Shown here in pieces: positions 1-9,688 of a DNA stretch of 64,000 nucleotides; the stretch's first letter is position 1; the number at the start of each line of letters is the position of its first letter. The DNA is taken from positions 48,908-112,907 of the forward strand of contig JADHMQ010000003.1 of NCBI GenBank assembly GCA_016779935.1, in the 5' to 3' direction. Made by a program: the position numbers and the translations under genes. This DNA comes from Flavobacteriales bacterium. Its GTDB lineage: Bacteria > Bacteroidota > Bacteroidia > Flavobacteriales > UBA7312. Below the pieces are notes generated by a model. The model was given only the letters and a program-made list of their open reading frames with translations. It made no database searches and was not told the origin of the DNA.

Positions 1-2330
1 GCTCCTAGAGTTGCTAAGCTATTTATATAACCAGAAGAATCACCAAAACAATTTATCGTATCAGTATAATCAATAATACTAAGTTTAAAAGATGTAAAAT
101 CGTTTATATCAAATGATACGGTATCGGTACACATACTGTTATCTTCAACTTTTAAAACGTATGAAGTGTCATCAAGATTATCAATAATAAATTGATTGTT
201 TACATCTAAATTAACCGTTATAGGCTGATTATTTAACGTAAATGAAAAAGGTGGTGATATTCCTTCACTAAGTTCAAATTCCGCACTACCAAATAATGTT
301 TGACAATCTATATCCTCTACATTTAGAGTAATTAATTCAGGGGAAATTGGGTTTGTAACAATATTTGAAGTGATTTGACTCTTACAACCCAAAGAATCTG
401 TTACTTCAAAGACATATGTTCCAACTTGAAGGTCTATAAATTCATGAGGGTAATCGTAAGTAATCGTATCATTTACTATTCCAATGGAATAATCAGGGAT
501 ACCGCCACTAACATCAATTGTAACTTTTCCTAAACCTAATCCAACACATAATACATCTTGATGCAATGTAAAATCTTCAGATAAGTGTAGTTGAGGGTTT
601 TGATAGATACTAAATTGAACAGAATCAATACAAAGAACAGAATCAATTGCATTAATCTGATAATTTCCTGCTATTAAGTTTTGAAAGATAGTATCTGTTT
701 GAGTATATAAAAGTGTGTCGTTTCGTGAAATAGAATATTCTATTGGTCCAGTTGCACCAGATATACTAACTATAGCACTAGCTGTAGAATCACCATAGCA
801 CGTTAAAGTATCTGTTGTGTAAGAAGATAGACTCAAAACAAAATTCGAAGTACTCATTATATCAAACACCAATGTGTCTACACACAAGTTTGAATCCAAG
901 ACAGATAGCTCATAAGAATTTGGCAATAAATCAATAAGGCTAAAATCCCCAGTATTATTTAAAGTTATGTTTTGTAACGAATCGTTTAATTTAAATGTAT
1001 AATCTGCTACACCTCCTAAAAGTTGAAAATCAGCAGTACCAAATGGAGTTTGACAATTCGGGTTTGAAATATTTATGGGATTTAACATTAATTCATTTGG
1101 TTCAGTAATTTCAATATTCAAATATTTAGAGCAATTAAGACTATTAGTAATTTCAAATGAATAAATTCCGCTAACTAGACTATCAAAAATATGTGAATCA
1201 TTATATTTTAAAGTGTCGTTTAGCAAACCAACTTGATAAGGTGAGCCAATACCACTTATATCAAATCCAATTTCTCCTGAGCTATCTCCAAAACATAAAA
1301 TATTTTTATGCAATAATGAATCTTCATAAGCTAAAAAGTCAGGGTTCTGAAAAATATTTAATGCAACAGAATCTTGACAGCCATTTGTATCAGTTACAAA
1401 AACCTTATAATTACCTGCAGTCAATGAGCCAAAATAGTCACTAGTTTGGGAATAAAGTAATGTATCATTTTTAGAAATCTGGAAATTATATCCTGGAGTT
1501 CCACCAATCGCTGCAGTTTGAATAAATCCAGTTGAATCTCCAAAACAAACAATTGAATCTAAAGATGAAGTAATAGAGAATGATAATAAGGATGGCTCGA
1601 GAATTTGGAATGATTTGGAATAATAACATCCATTAACATCAAACACTTCAATAATATAAGAGTTTGGGAGTAGGTTATTAATAGTATAATAATCAAGTGA
1701 ATTAGGAGATAGATTTAGGGTGTCTCCATTTAAGCGAATAGTATACGATGGCGTACCACCAGCAATTTTGAAAGTTGCTTGACCAGAATTATCTCCAAAA
1801 CACAATATATTTTGAATATCTAATGAATCTATTTTTAAACTATCGGGTTGAGTAACATCAACAAGAGTAGAAACTGAACACATCCACTCGTCTAATAATT
1901 CAGCAGTATATTGATTTGAAGATAAACCGAAAATAGTATCAATTAAGTTATTTGAAATGTTGTTATATAGTTCGACCCCAAGAGAATCTCTTAAAATAAA
2001 ATGAGCTGTTGAAGACGAGGAGTCTGATGATAAAATTATATATGCATTACTATCACTATTACATACAAGGTTTGTATGATTTACATCTAAGATTGGCGAA
2101 TAGAAGTCAATACTAAAATCCAGAAAGCAATTTCCTAACTCTAAAACATAATTTGAGGATTGAGTAGGTGAAATTTCAATTACTGATGAATCTCCCAATG
2201 TTACAAAATTTTGGCCTACAACTCGATGCCATTCAACCACATAGTTACCACTTATAAATGGGCTAATATCAATATCAATTGAAGAGTCTGAGCTACATAA
2301 GGTATATACGCTCTTTATATAAGCTCCATT
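1..2330 (-). repeat. Tandem coding repeat modules of ~240-260 bp (~80-87 aa) inside the adhesin gene
   Basis: The conserved Cys codon of each unit sits at plus-strand positions 48, 303, 546, 798, 1053, 1293, 1545, 1800, 2061 and 2295, with spacings of 234-261 bp. The plus-strand signature ATC(T/A)CCAAAACA (= C-F-G-D on the minus strand) recurs at 39-50, 1284-1295, 1536-1547 and 1791-1802. Confidence 0.65.
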
Positions 2331-4154
2331 CGTGTTGGCTTGAATCAAATCAACGTAATCGTTTATAATAGAAATATGTACTGAATCAGAAACAGCAGGA
2401 CAACTATTAGAATCTAATGCTTCTACAAAAACGAATATATTCGAAGTATCTATAAGTAATTGTTGCCCAATAGTTCCATCAGTCCATTGATAGTTGGTGA
2501 ATCCAGAATCTGCAATTAGGTAGCTGTTTAAATCACAAGTTTGTGCAAAAAACAATCCATTAGTTAATTCGAAAATCAAACTAGTATCTCCGTTTAATGT
2601 TAAATTAATAAATGAACTACTTATTTCAATACTAATTAGTGTGTCAAAAATCACCTGAGAAACATCTGAGACTTCTAAGGTATAATCTCCCTCAGCCAAC
2701 TGAGAAATAGAGGTGTCGGTAGATGTGAAACCATTAGGCCCACTCCATAGAAAGGTGTACGAGTTAAGTGTTTGAACATCAAATAAAATTTGACCAGAAT
2801 TAGTGCCACTACAGGTATGTGTTACATCATAAGAATACGACTCCATAGGCGTAGTAAATGTGTAGGAAGAAGACCAGCCTTCAATACAATCTATCAAAGA
2901 ATTAGTTCTAACTTGCACTTCATAAGTCGTTGATGGAGAAAATCCTGAAATAGATTTACTAGACAACATTTCAGGAATATTATCATCAAAAATTCCAGAA
3001 GCTACAATTTGCCATGTTCCTCCTAATTCTCTGTATCTAAAGCGGTAGCCATCAACAGTAGAGTCGGCTTGCCAGTTTATCACAACTTCGAAAGGGGTAA
3101 GCCCTGTAAACCATAAAGTATCTGGAAGTGATGGCTCAGGAAAAACAAATACTGTATCGGACTTTTGACATCCTAATGAATCTTTTACTATCAAAGTATA
3201 AGAACCACTTGTCAATGAAGTGTACACGTTATCGGTTGAGAATAAACTGTTATTTACAGAATATTCATAAGGGGATAATCCTCCTGTTGAAGATATTTGT
3301 ATTTGACCGTCAGCTTGTTCTGGGCAACTAGCATCTGTAACGGTTGAAGAAATTGATAATGTATTACAAATTGTATCAACTAGTGTTACTGACACTTGAT
3401 CTTGTTCTGAAATAATAGACAGTAAATTTCCGCTTTGGTCGACATTCCATAACCTCAAGGAGGCTGTATATTCTCCTAATGGGGCTTCTGGATTAAACTG
3501 ATTAAATTTAACACGAACTGGCCGTACTCTTTCTTCTTCGCAATTGAGATTTTGACCACTTTGTCCACCCCAATACCCAACTGCATCGCCATTAGAATTA
3601 ATAGTGTATGGAATAACTTCCCATATAGATTGAGTATTAAAATACTCTATCGTAAAATCACCTTGTTCTAAAGGTTCTGATAGATGAGAAATTATAAACT
3701 CTGGCTTAAATGACACTTGACAACCAAGATTAGTCAGTTTTACATCACACTCAGTATAGGTGTTATAGCCTACTGGGTTAATATCAAACGGACTAGACAC
3801 TTCTAATTTTGCAGTGTCTGGATCACAGGAATAAGAAGTAAAAGTGTAAGAGGCCGAATCGGTGCAATTCTGAAACGTATCAGTTACAAACACCCAAATT
3901 GCTTGATTGGCTGGTAAAAAACTATTCGTAACAGAACTTGTTTGAGGCCCTCCAGGTAAGTTTCCTCCATTTTCATTTAACCATTGGTAAGTATAGAAAC
4001 CCGTTCCTCCTGAAACATTGGCTTGTAATTGCCCTCCGTTCAAACTGCCTGGACAATAGGGTTCAGATAAGACTTGAAAGTCAATCAGAACGCATTGAGA
4101 TAATGAAATAAAAGAGAAAAATAAAAAGAGAATAGAAAGAGAAAAATTCTTCAT
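1..4154 (-). CDS. Giant SprB-repeat cell-surface adhesin-like protein, N-terminal >=1384 codons; the 3' end lies beyond the left window edge
   Basis: Not in the ORF track because it is edge-truncated. I checked every in-frame minus-strand triplet from 4154 down to 3 and found no stop. The ATG is at 4154-4152, preceded by an in-frame TAA at 4166-4164. The N-terminus MKNFSLSILFLFFSFISLSQ looks like a signal peptide. The body has >=10 C-x-G-x-x-x-G...GG-x-x-x-Y units (ILCFGDSSGEIGFDISGIGSPY, IVCFGDSTGFIQTAAIGGTPGY, ASCPEQADGQIQISSTGGLSPYEY). These alternate with L-x-x-G-x-Y-x-x-x-V-x-D-x-x-G-C modules, as in SprB-type repeats. Confidence 0.8.
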   Translation of the reverse strand, partial: MKNFSLSILFLFFSFISLSQCVLIDFQVLSEPYCPGSLNGGQLQANVSGGTGFYTYQWLNENGGNLPGGPQTSSVTNSFLPANQAIWVFVTDTFQNCTDSASYTFTSYSCDPDTAKLEVSSPFDINPVGYNTYTECDVKLTNLGCQVSFKPEFIISHLSEPLEQGDFTIEYFNTQSIWEVIPYTINSNGDAVGYWGGQSGQNLNCEEERVRPVRVKFNQFNPEAPLGEYTASLRLWNVDQSGNLLSIISEQDQVSVTLVDTICNTLSISSTVTDASCPEQADGQIQISSTGGLSPYEYSVNNSLFSTDNVYTSLTSGSYTLIVKDSLGCQKSDTVFVFPEPSLPDTLWFTGLTPFEVVINWQADSTVDGYRFRYRELGGTWQIVASGIFDDNIPEMLSSKSISGFSPSTTYEVQVRTNSLIDCIEGWSSSYTFTTPMESYSYDVTHTCSGTNSGQILFDVQTLNSYTFLWSGPNGFTSTDTSISQLAEGDYTLEVSDVSQVIFDTLISIEISSSFINLTLNGDTSLIFELTNGLFFAQTCDLNSYLIADSGFTNYQWTDGTIGQQLLIDTSNIFVFVEALDSNSCPAVSDSVHISIINDYVDLIQANTNGAYIKSVYTLCSSDSSIDIDISPFISGNYVVEWHRVVGQNFVTLGDSSVIEISPTQSSNYVLELGNCFLDFSIDFYSPILDVNHTNLVCNSDSNAYIILSSDSSSSTAHFILRDSLGVELYNNISNNLIDTIFGLSSNQYTAELLDEWMCSVSTLVDVTQPDSLKIDSLDIQNILCFGDNSGQATFKIAGGTPSYTIRLNGDTLNLSPNSLDYYTINNLLPNSYIIEVFDVNGCYYSKSFQILEPSLLSFSITSSLDSIVCFGDSTGFIQTAAIGGTPGYNFQISKNDTLLYSQTSDYFGSLTAGNYKVFVTDTNGCQDSVALNIFQNPDFLAYEDSLLHKNILCFGDSSGEIGFDISGIGSPYQVGLLNDTLKYNDSHIFDSLVSGIYSFEITNSLNCSKYLNIEITEPNELMLNPINISNPNCQTPFGTADFQLLGGVADYTFKLNDSLQNITLNNTGDFSLIDLLPNSYELSVLDSNLCVDTLVFDIMSTSNFVLSLSSYTTDTLTCYGDSTASAIVSISGATGPIEYSISRNDTLLYTQTDTIFQNLIAGNYQINAIDSVLCIDSVQFSIYQNPQLHLSEDFTLHQDVLCVGLGLGKVTIDVSGGIPDYSIGIVNDTITYDYPHEFIDLQVGTYVFEVTDSLGCKSQITSNIVTNPISPELITLNVEDIDCQTLFGSAEFELSEGISPPFSFTLNNQPITVNLDVNNQFIIDNLDDTSYVLKVEDNSMCTDTVSFDINDFTSFKLSIIDYTDTINCFGDSSGYINSLATLG

Positions 4155-4178
4155 GATACAAGGGTTTTAAGAATAAAG

Positions 4179-4186
4179 CAAAGATA
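4179..4186 (-). promoter_or_regulatory. Candidate Bacteroidota sigma-A -7 box (TATCTTTG) for the adhesin gene
   Basis: Plus-strand CAAAGATA is TATCTTTG on the minus strand and matches TAnnTTTG. It lies 25 nt upstream of the ATG at 4154. I saw no clear -33 TTTG. Confidence 0.3.
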
Positions 4187-4202
4187 TAAAAAAGAAGACA
4201 AT

Positions 4203-5579
4203 CTAAACAGCATTTTTCTGAGTCTTGAAAAGGTTGACTATCGTTATAGAGATTAGTTTAACATCAAGCAATAAAGACCAATTTTCTATATACCAAACAT
4301 CGTATTTCACCCTATCTTCCATGTCTTTAATATTCTTTGTTTCGCCTCTAAAACCATAGGCTTGGGCAGCCCCAGTAATACCAGGAAATACGAGTTGCCT
4401 AACCATATATCCATCAATAATTTCAGAATAACTTTTAGTATGTTTTAACATGTGAGGCCTAGGCCCTACAACAGACATATTACCTATCAATGTGTTAAAG
4501 AACTGAGGCATTTCATCAATACTTGTTCTTCGTAAAAACCTGCCGAATTTTGTTATTCGTGGATCATCCTTGTACGCTTGTTTGACATCAGACAACTTAT
4601 TTAATGACATTGTCCTAAACTTATAACAGTCAAATTCTTTGTTATCTAATCCTGAACGCCTTTGAACAAAAAAGACTGGCCCCTTTGAAGTAAGCTTGAT
4701 TATCAAAGCTATTATTGGCGTTAACCATGATAAGATAAACACAATAACAAACAATGAAAATATGATATCGAATATTCTTTTTACGAACCTATTAAACTCA
4801 TCTTGTAAAGGCTCTTCTCTTAACGTAATAACGGGTATAACACCATACAAATCAATATTAATTTTTCGCTGTTTAAAGCTGGTAAAATCAGGTGTTATTT
4901 TAAGCCTAATCATATTATCATCACAAAATTTAATGATGCTCATTAGTAAACTTTCATCATAAATCGAATCAGAATAGAATATCTCCTCTACTCTATTATT
5001 TTTACAAAATTCATCTAATTCATCAATATGAAAACATGGGCAACTTAATTTCTGTGAAGAGGGTTTGGAGTAGAAGAATGCTTGAAGCTTATATCCATGC
5101 TCATTGTTTAGAAAAAATTGAGCGAGTTGGGTAGATTTTTCGGCAGCACCAACAATTACTATTTCTTTGTAATTATATCCAAGTCGCCTATATTTTTTAA
5201 TAAGAAAAACAGAAAATATTCTCCAAACAAATAGTATTAAATAACTCAGCCCAAAAGTATAATATAAATGGTCATAAGAAAAGGAGTTTGTTTTTAAAGA
5301 GAATAAAAGTGTAGAGATAATAAGAGCGTGAACAATTACTGCTTTTAATAAATTTGATAGTACTAATTCAAACCTAGAGGCTCGTTCGTAGTCAAATAAT
5401 CCAAAAAAGAACCCTAATAGCAACCAACTCAAGTTTACGATTATCAAAAGAAACAAGTATTTATCAGAAATATCAAGCGAAAAAAAAGTAATTCTGTAAG
5501 CCAACAAGAACGCAATGGTAAGGTGAAAAACATCACCAAAACTAAATAGCAAACGTAATTTTAATGCTTTAATATTCAT
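4203..5579 (-). CDS. Polyprenyl-phosphate glycosyl-1-phosphate transferase, large WbaP/WcaJ/WchA type (initiating transferase)
   Basis: 458 aa. It has an N-terminal multi-TM region followed by the bacterial sugar transferase block PVFFVQRRSG..YKFRTM..DPRITKFGRFLRRTSIDEMPQFFNTLIGNMSVVGPRPH. Confidence 0.85.
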   Translation of the reverse strand: MNIKALKLRLLFSFGDVFHLTIAFLLAYRITFFSLDISDKYLFLLIIVNLSWLLLGFFFGLFDYERASRFELVLSNLLKAVIVHALIISTLLFSLKTNSFSYDHLYYTFGLSYLILFVWRIFSVFLIKKYRRLGYNYKEIVIVGAAEKSTQLAQFFLNNEHGYKLQAFFYSKPSSQKLSCPCFHIDELDEFCKNNRVEEIFYSDSIYDESLLMSIIKFCDDNMIRLKITPDFTSFKQRKINIDLYGVIPVITLREEPLQDEFNRFVKRIFDIIFSLFVIVFILSWLTPIIALIIKLTSKGPVFFVQRRSGLDNKEFDCYKFRTMSLNKLSDVKQAYKDDPRITKFGRFLRRTSIDEMPQFFNTLIGNMSVVGPRPHMLKHTKSYSEIIDGYMVRQLVFPGITGAAQAYGFRGETKNIKDMEDRVKYDVWYIENWSLLLDVKLISITIVNLFKTQKNAV

Positions 5580-5638
5580 AAAAACTTGTTAAGAAAAGGC
5601 TAAATATAAATATAGTAAGAATCGTAACTAAATCAAAA

Positions 5639-6712
5639 TTAAATCAACAATTGCTCATACTGAGAGACTATTTTTGAATACTGATAATTATCGTTTATCT
5701 TTTTTGTATTGATTTTACACCAATTTAAGTGCTCAGTTTTATGGATTGAATTGACAATTTTAGTCACATCAAATTTTGAAATAAAATAAAACGCATGCTC
5801 CTGCAGTATTAATTTGTTAAACGAATTATCATGAGCACATATCAAACTACTTGAAGCCATTGCTTCTAATAAAGAAGGATTCGTTCCCCCAACAGTATGC
5901 CCATGAAAATACAAATTGGAATAATGTCTTAAATTGTTCAATAGGTCTATTGAAGAAACAAAACCCAAGAATATTATTCGAGAATCATTCACGTAAGTTT
6001 TTAATTCCTTACCTAAACTAGTATTCATATTGCCTACTACCACTAATTTTCTGGAAACATCTGAATCTAAAAAACCATCGATAATTGTTTTAACATTATT
6101 TTCTGGCTCAATTCGTGCAACAATCATATCATAAGCCTTAGGTTCTAATCCAAACCCCTCAAGGTATTTAATATTTGGAGAATTAAATACCGTTGCACCG
6201 TATGGAATAAATGTAGAGGAAACACAGTATTTTTCTTGAAGGTAATTTTTGATTCCAACAGAATCCGCTATTAATTTATCACTGTGTTTTACAGCTAATT
6301 TTTCAGCATACTTTAAATATAGCTTAGTAATTGAAGAATATTTAGTTCTTTTCCATTCTAAACCGTCCATATTAGTGACGAGCTTAATGTTATTTTTGAA
6401 TAAAAAATTCCAAATTGAGCTACTAGTATAACCTAATTGGAGAATAACATCAAAATCTCTTTTTCTAGAATCTAGAATACAATTTAAATCGTAAATAAAT
6501 TGACCAACTGTCCCAATCTTATATTCTGGATCAAAACAATGAATAATATTTACTTTTCTCCATTTTTTGTCCTTGAAAGGATGATTGTGCGAGTTGTAAA
6601 CATAGACATCGTGTCCTTGATTAGATAATCCATCAGACAAATATTCTGCAAATTGTTCGAACCCTCCGTAATTATTAGGGATTCCTCTAGTACCAATAAT
6701 GGCTAATTTCAT
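5639..6712 (-). CDS. GT-B glycosyltransferase (GT4/GT1, DUF1972-type N-terminus)
   Basis: 357 aa. MKLAIIGTRGIPNNYGGFEQFAEYLS is the typical DUF1972-type start. The C-terminal GGTNPSLLEAMA resembles the GT4 nucleotide-sugar binding region. Confidence 0.75.
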   Translation of the reverse strand: MKLAIIGTRGIPNNYGGFEQFAEYLSDGLSNQGHDVYVYNSHNHPFKDKKWRKVNIIHCFDPEYKIGTVGQFIYDLNCILDSRKRDFDVILQLGYTSSSIWNFLFKNNIKLVTNMDGLEWKRTKYSSITKLYLKYAEKLAVKHSDKLIADSVGIKNYLQEKYCVSSTFIPYGATVFNSPNIKYLEGFGLEPKAYDMIVARIEPENNVKTIIDGFLDSDVSRKLVVVGNMNTSLGKELKTYVNDSRIIFLGFVSSIDLLNNLRHYSNLYFHGHTVGGTNPSLLEAMASSSLICAHDNSFNKLILQEHAFYFISKFDVTKIVNSIHKTEHLNWCKINTKKINDNYQYSKIVSQYEQLLI

Positions 6713-6717
6713 TTCAG

Positions 6718-8577
6718 CTAATGTTTTGCTGGCTTGTACCCTTCAACATTTTCAATTAAAACCTTCCTCATCGATTTATCATCAAGATTTTCATGAATAG
6801 TTTTAATTTCTTCAATTAATGAACTCACCTTTTGCCAACTCAAAAAATCCTCATTTGCTTGCATGATTTGAGGGTGCTTCGATTGGGTAACATCCTTACC
6901 AATCAATAGTTCTTCATATAATTTCTCTCCTTCACGAAGGCCTGTGAATTTAATTTTTATATCTCCCTCAGGGTTCTCTGAGGTGATAGGACTAAGTCCA
7001 CTTAAATTAATCATTCGGTGTGCTAAATCAAGAATTCTAACAGGCTCTCCCATATCTAATACAAATACATCTCCTCCTTTTGCCATAGCTCCAGCTTGAA
7101 GCACTAATTGAACAGCTTCTGGTATAGACATAAAATATCGCGTAACTTTTGAGTGAGTAACGGTTACTGGTCCTCCCTCTTTTATTTGCCTTCTAAATAA
7201 AGGCACTACTGAGCCTGCAGAGTCTAGTACATTACCAAATCGAACCATACTAAAACAAGTATTCGATTTTTCAGAGTTTAAGGCTTGCAACACTAGTTCT
7301 GAAAAGCGTTTTGACGCTCCCATTACATTTGTAGGTCTTACGGCTTTATCGGTACTAATTAAAACCATATTCTCAACATTATTATCCCTAGCGCAAACAG
7401 CTACATTATAAGTGCCCATTACATTATTGAATACGCCTTCAACTGTGTTTTTTTCAACCATTGGAACATGCTTGTAGGCAGCCGCATGGTATATGGTATC
7501 AATGTTATTTTCTTTGATAGCATTATCAACCTTATTTATCGACTTAACATCCGCTAAAACTGGAATAATTTCACAATCCTTTTCAGCTAGTGATGTTAAT
7601 TCATAATCAATTGAATACAGATTAAATTCCGAGTGTTCAAAAAGGACTATCTTACTAGGCTTCAACTCCAATATTTGCCTACATAGTTCTGAGCCAATAC
7701 TCCCACCAGCTCCAGTGACTAAAACATTCTTGCTAGTAATATTTTTCTTGAGTAAAGATGTTTTGGGTTTTACTGGAGTTCTGCCAAGAATATCTTCAAC
7801 TTGTACGTGCCTAATGCTCTCCATAGACACTCTCCCGCTTACTATTTCTGAAAGCGATGGCAATAGCTTTACCTCAACAGGATACTTTGATAGTTTTTTA
7901 AGTAAATCTCGCTTTCTCTGTTCAGATAGTGAAGGAATTGCTAATAAAATTACCCTTACTTTTCTTTTCTTAATTATATCTTTTAAGTCCGAAAAAGGGT
8001 GAATTCTAGTAAAGTTAATGAATGTTCCTTGTTTACTTTTGTCGTCATCAATAAATGCAATTGGTGCGTATTCATGGTTTTTTCGTAAACTTTCTACAAT
8101 CTGTGCTCCTGCACTTCCTGCCCCAAAAATTATTGTTGGTTTTCTATCATTTACAAAATTGTCCCATGAATATAGGTAGCCTTTGTATAAAAATCGCATG
8201 ATAATAATTAGTATACTGGAGACAAACCAAAATATAAGAATGACCGTTCTCGGCATATCTGCTTCTCTAAATATCATCATTGTAAAACCAACTATAAGGC
8301 TTGTAATAGTTATGGACTGAAAAGCTGTAACAATAACTTTAGTACCCATAAATTTCAAAACTGACCTATATAGACCTAAGCGTATAAACAAGGGGATAGA
8401 TACTATTGGAATGAGAATGAAAATCCATTGATTCATGTACAACCTATCAGACCAAAATTCACCTAATCTCAAAGCAAAGGAAAGCCAGATAGAAAACAGT
8501 AAAATGAAAACATCAGAAAGTATCATTATGATTTGCTTCTGCTTTCTAGAGAGATGTGTGAACTTTTCTTTAAGCAT
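6718..8577 (-). CDS. Membrane-anchored nucleotide-sugar 4,6-dehydratase, CapD/WbpM/PglF family
   Basis: 619 aa. It has four N-terminal hydrophobic helices and two Rossmann motifs (FGAGSAGAQ; VTGAGGSIGSEL). AAAYKHVPMVE and TNVMGASKR are typical of CapD-like SDR dehydratases. Confidence 0.85.
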   Translation of the reverse strand: MLKEKFTHLSRKQKQIIMILSDVFILLFSIWLSFALRLGEFWSDRLYMNQWIFILIPIVSIPLFIRLGLYRSVLKFMGTKVIVTAFQSITITSLIVGFTMMIFREADMPRTVILIFWFVSSILIIIMRFLYKGYLYSWDNFVNDRKPTIIFGAGSAGAQIVESLRKNHEYAPIAFIDDDKSKQGTFINFTRIHPFSDLKDIIKKRKVRVILLAIPSLSEQRKRDLLKKLSKYPVEVKLLPSLSEIVSGRVSMESIRHVQVEDILGRTPVKPKTSLLKKNITSKNVLVTGAGGSIGSELCRQILELKPSKIVLFEHSEFNLYSIDYELTSLAEKDCEIIPVLADVKSINKVDNAIKENNIDTIYHAAAYKHVPMVEKNTVEGVFNNVMGTYNVAVCARDNNVENMVLISTDKAVRPTNVMGASKRFSELVLQALNSEKSNTCFSMVRFGNVLDSAGSVVPLFRRQIKEGGPVTVTHSKVTRYFMSIPEAVQLVLQAGAMAKGGDVFVLDMGEPVRILDLAHRMINLSGLSPITSENPEGDIKIKFTGLREGEKLYEELLIGKDVTQSKHPQIMQANEDFLSWQKVSSLIEEIKTIHENLDDKSMRKVLIENVEGYKPAKH

Positions 8578-9688
8578 TGTCTTTAATTACCTTTATTACT
8601 CGATTAAGGTCATCTTTAGTTAAATTAGAACCAGAAGGTAAACATAATCCTTTTTGAAAAAGCTCCTCGCAAACAGAACCACCATACATTTTGGCAGTTT
8701 TAAAAATTGGCTGCATATGCATCGGCTTCCATAATGGTCTAGATTCAATATTCTCATCTTCTAATGCCAATCTAATTTTCTCTCTTGAGTCGAAGTCTTC
8801 TAGAAGAATAGTAGTTATCCAACGATTGGAAAAATAAGCGGGCGGCTCACTAACAAATGATATGGTTGAAATATTTGATAAGGCTGTTTTATAAAAATCA
8901 TAATTACTTCGACGCTGAGATACCCTCTCGCTTAACACTTTTAATTGACCTAAACCTATTGCTGCACAAACATTGCTTAATCGATAGTTATAGCCTATTT
9001 CAGAGTGCTCATAATGAGGCGCATCATCTCTGGCTTGAGTTGATAGAAATTTGGCTTTTTGAATAAAGTCCAAATTATCGGAGATTAACGCACCGCCTCC
9101 TGAAGTTGTAATTATTTTATTTCCATTAAACGAATAAACACCTAACTCTCCAAATGTTCCTAAAGGCTGATTTTTGTACGAGGAACCAAGACCCTCAGCT
9201 GCATCTTCAATGATTGGAATTTTATACTCATCAGCTATTTTCACTAGCTCTTCCATTTTTGATGGCATACCATATAGGTGAACTAAAATAATTGCCTTTG
9301 GTTTCCTACCTATTGATATCCTATCTTTGATAGCTTTCAAAAGCGTATCTGGACACATATTCCATGTATCAAATTCTGAGTCTATAAAAACTGGGTTAGC
9401 CCCTTGATATATTATAGGATTAGCAGATGCTGCAAAAGTAAAGCTTGAACAAATTACATCATCGCCAGTCTTTACACCTAAAATGATTAAAGCAAGATGA
9501 ATAGCCGATGTCCCTGAACTAAGGGCAGCTACATGCTTACCATTAGATATATTTGAAAGCTCAACTTCAAAATTAATTAAATGTGGACCAACTGGAGCTA
9601 TCCAATTGGTTTCAAAGGCTTCTTTAACATTGGAAAATTCTTCATTTCCCATGTGTGGCGAAGACAACCAAATTTTTGACTTTGACAT
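8570..9688 (-). CDS. DegT/DnrJ/EryC1/StrS-family sugar aminotransferase (PglE/WcfR-like 4-aminotransferase candidate)
   Basis: 372 aa. It carries the PLP-lysine region YSFNGNKIITTSGGGALI and overlaps the dehydratase gene by 8 bp. Confidence 0.85.
   Translation of the reverse strand: MSKSKIWLSSPHMGNEEFSNVKEAFETNWIAPVGPHLINFEVELSNISNGKHVAALSSGTSAIHLALIILGVKTGDDVICSSFTFAASANPIIYQGANPVFIDSEFDTWNMCPDTLLKAIKDRISIGRKPKAIILVHLYGMPSKMEELVKIADEYKIPIIEDAAEGLGSSYKNQPLGTFGELGVYSFNGNKIITTSGGGALISDNLDFIQKAKFLSTQARDDAPHYEHSEIGYNYRLSNVCAAIGLGQLKVLSERVSQRRSNYDFYKTALSNISTISFVSEPPAYFSNRWITTILLEDFDSREKIRLALEDENIESRPLWKPMHMQPIFKTAKMYGGSVCEELFQKGLCLPSGSNLTKDDLNRVIKVIKDNA

Noticed and set aside
1193-3331. Plus-strand track ORFs 1193-1444 and 3128-3331 in the apparently empty left 4 kb
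   Set aside because: They have low-complexity, stop-prone sequence and lie antisense to a continuous 1384-codon minus-strand frame with clear domain repeats. They are shadow ORFs.
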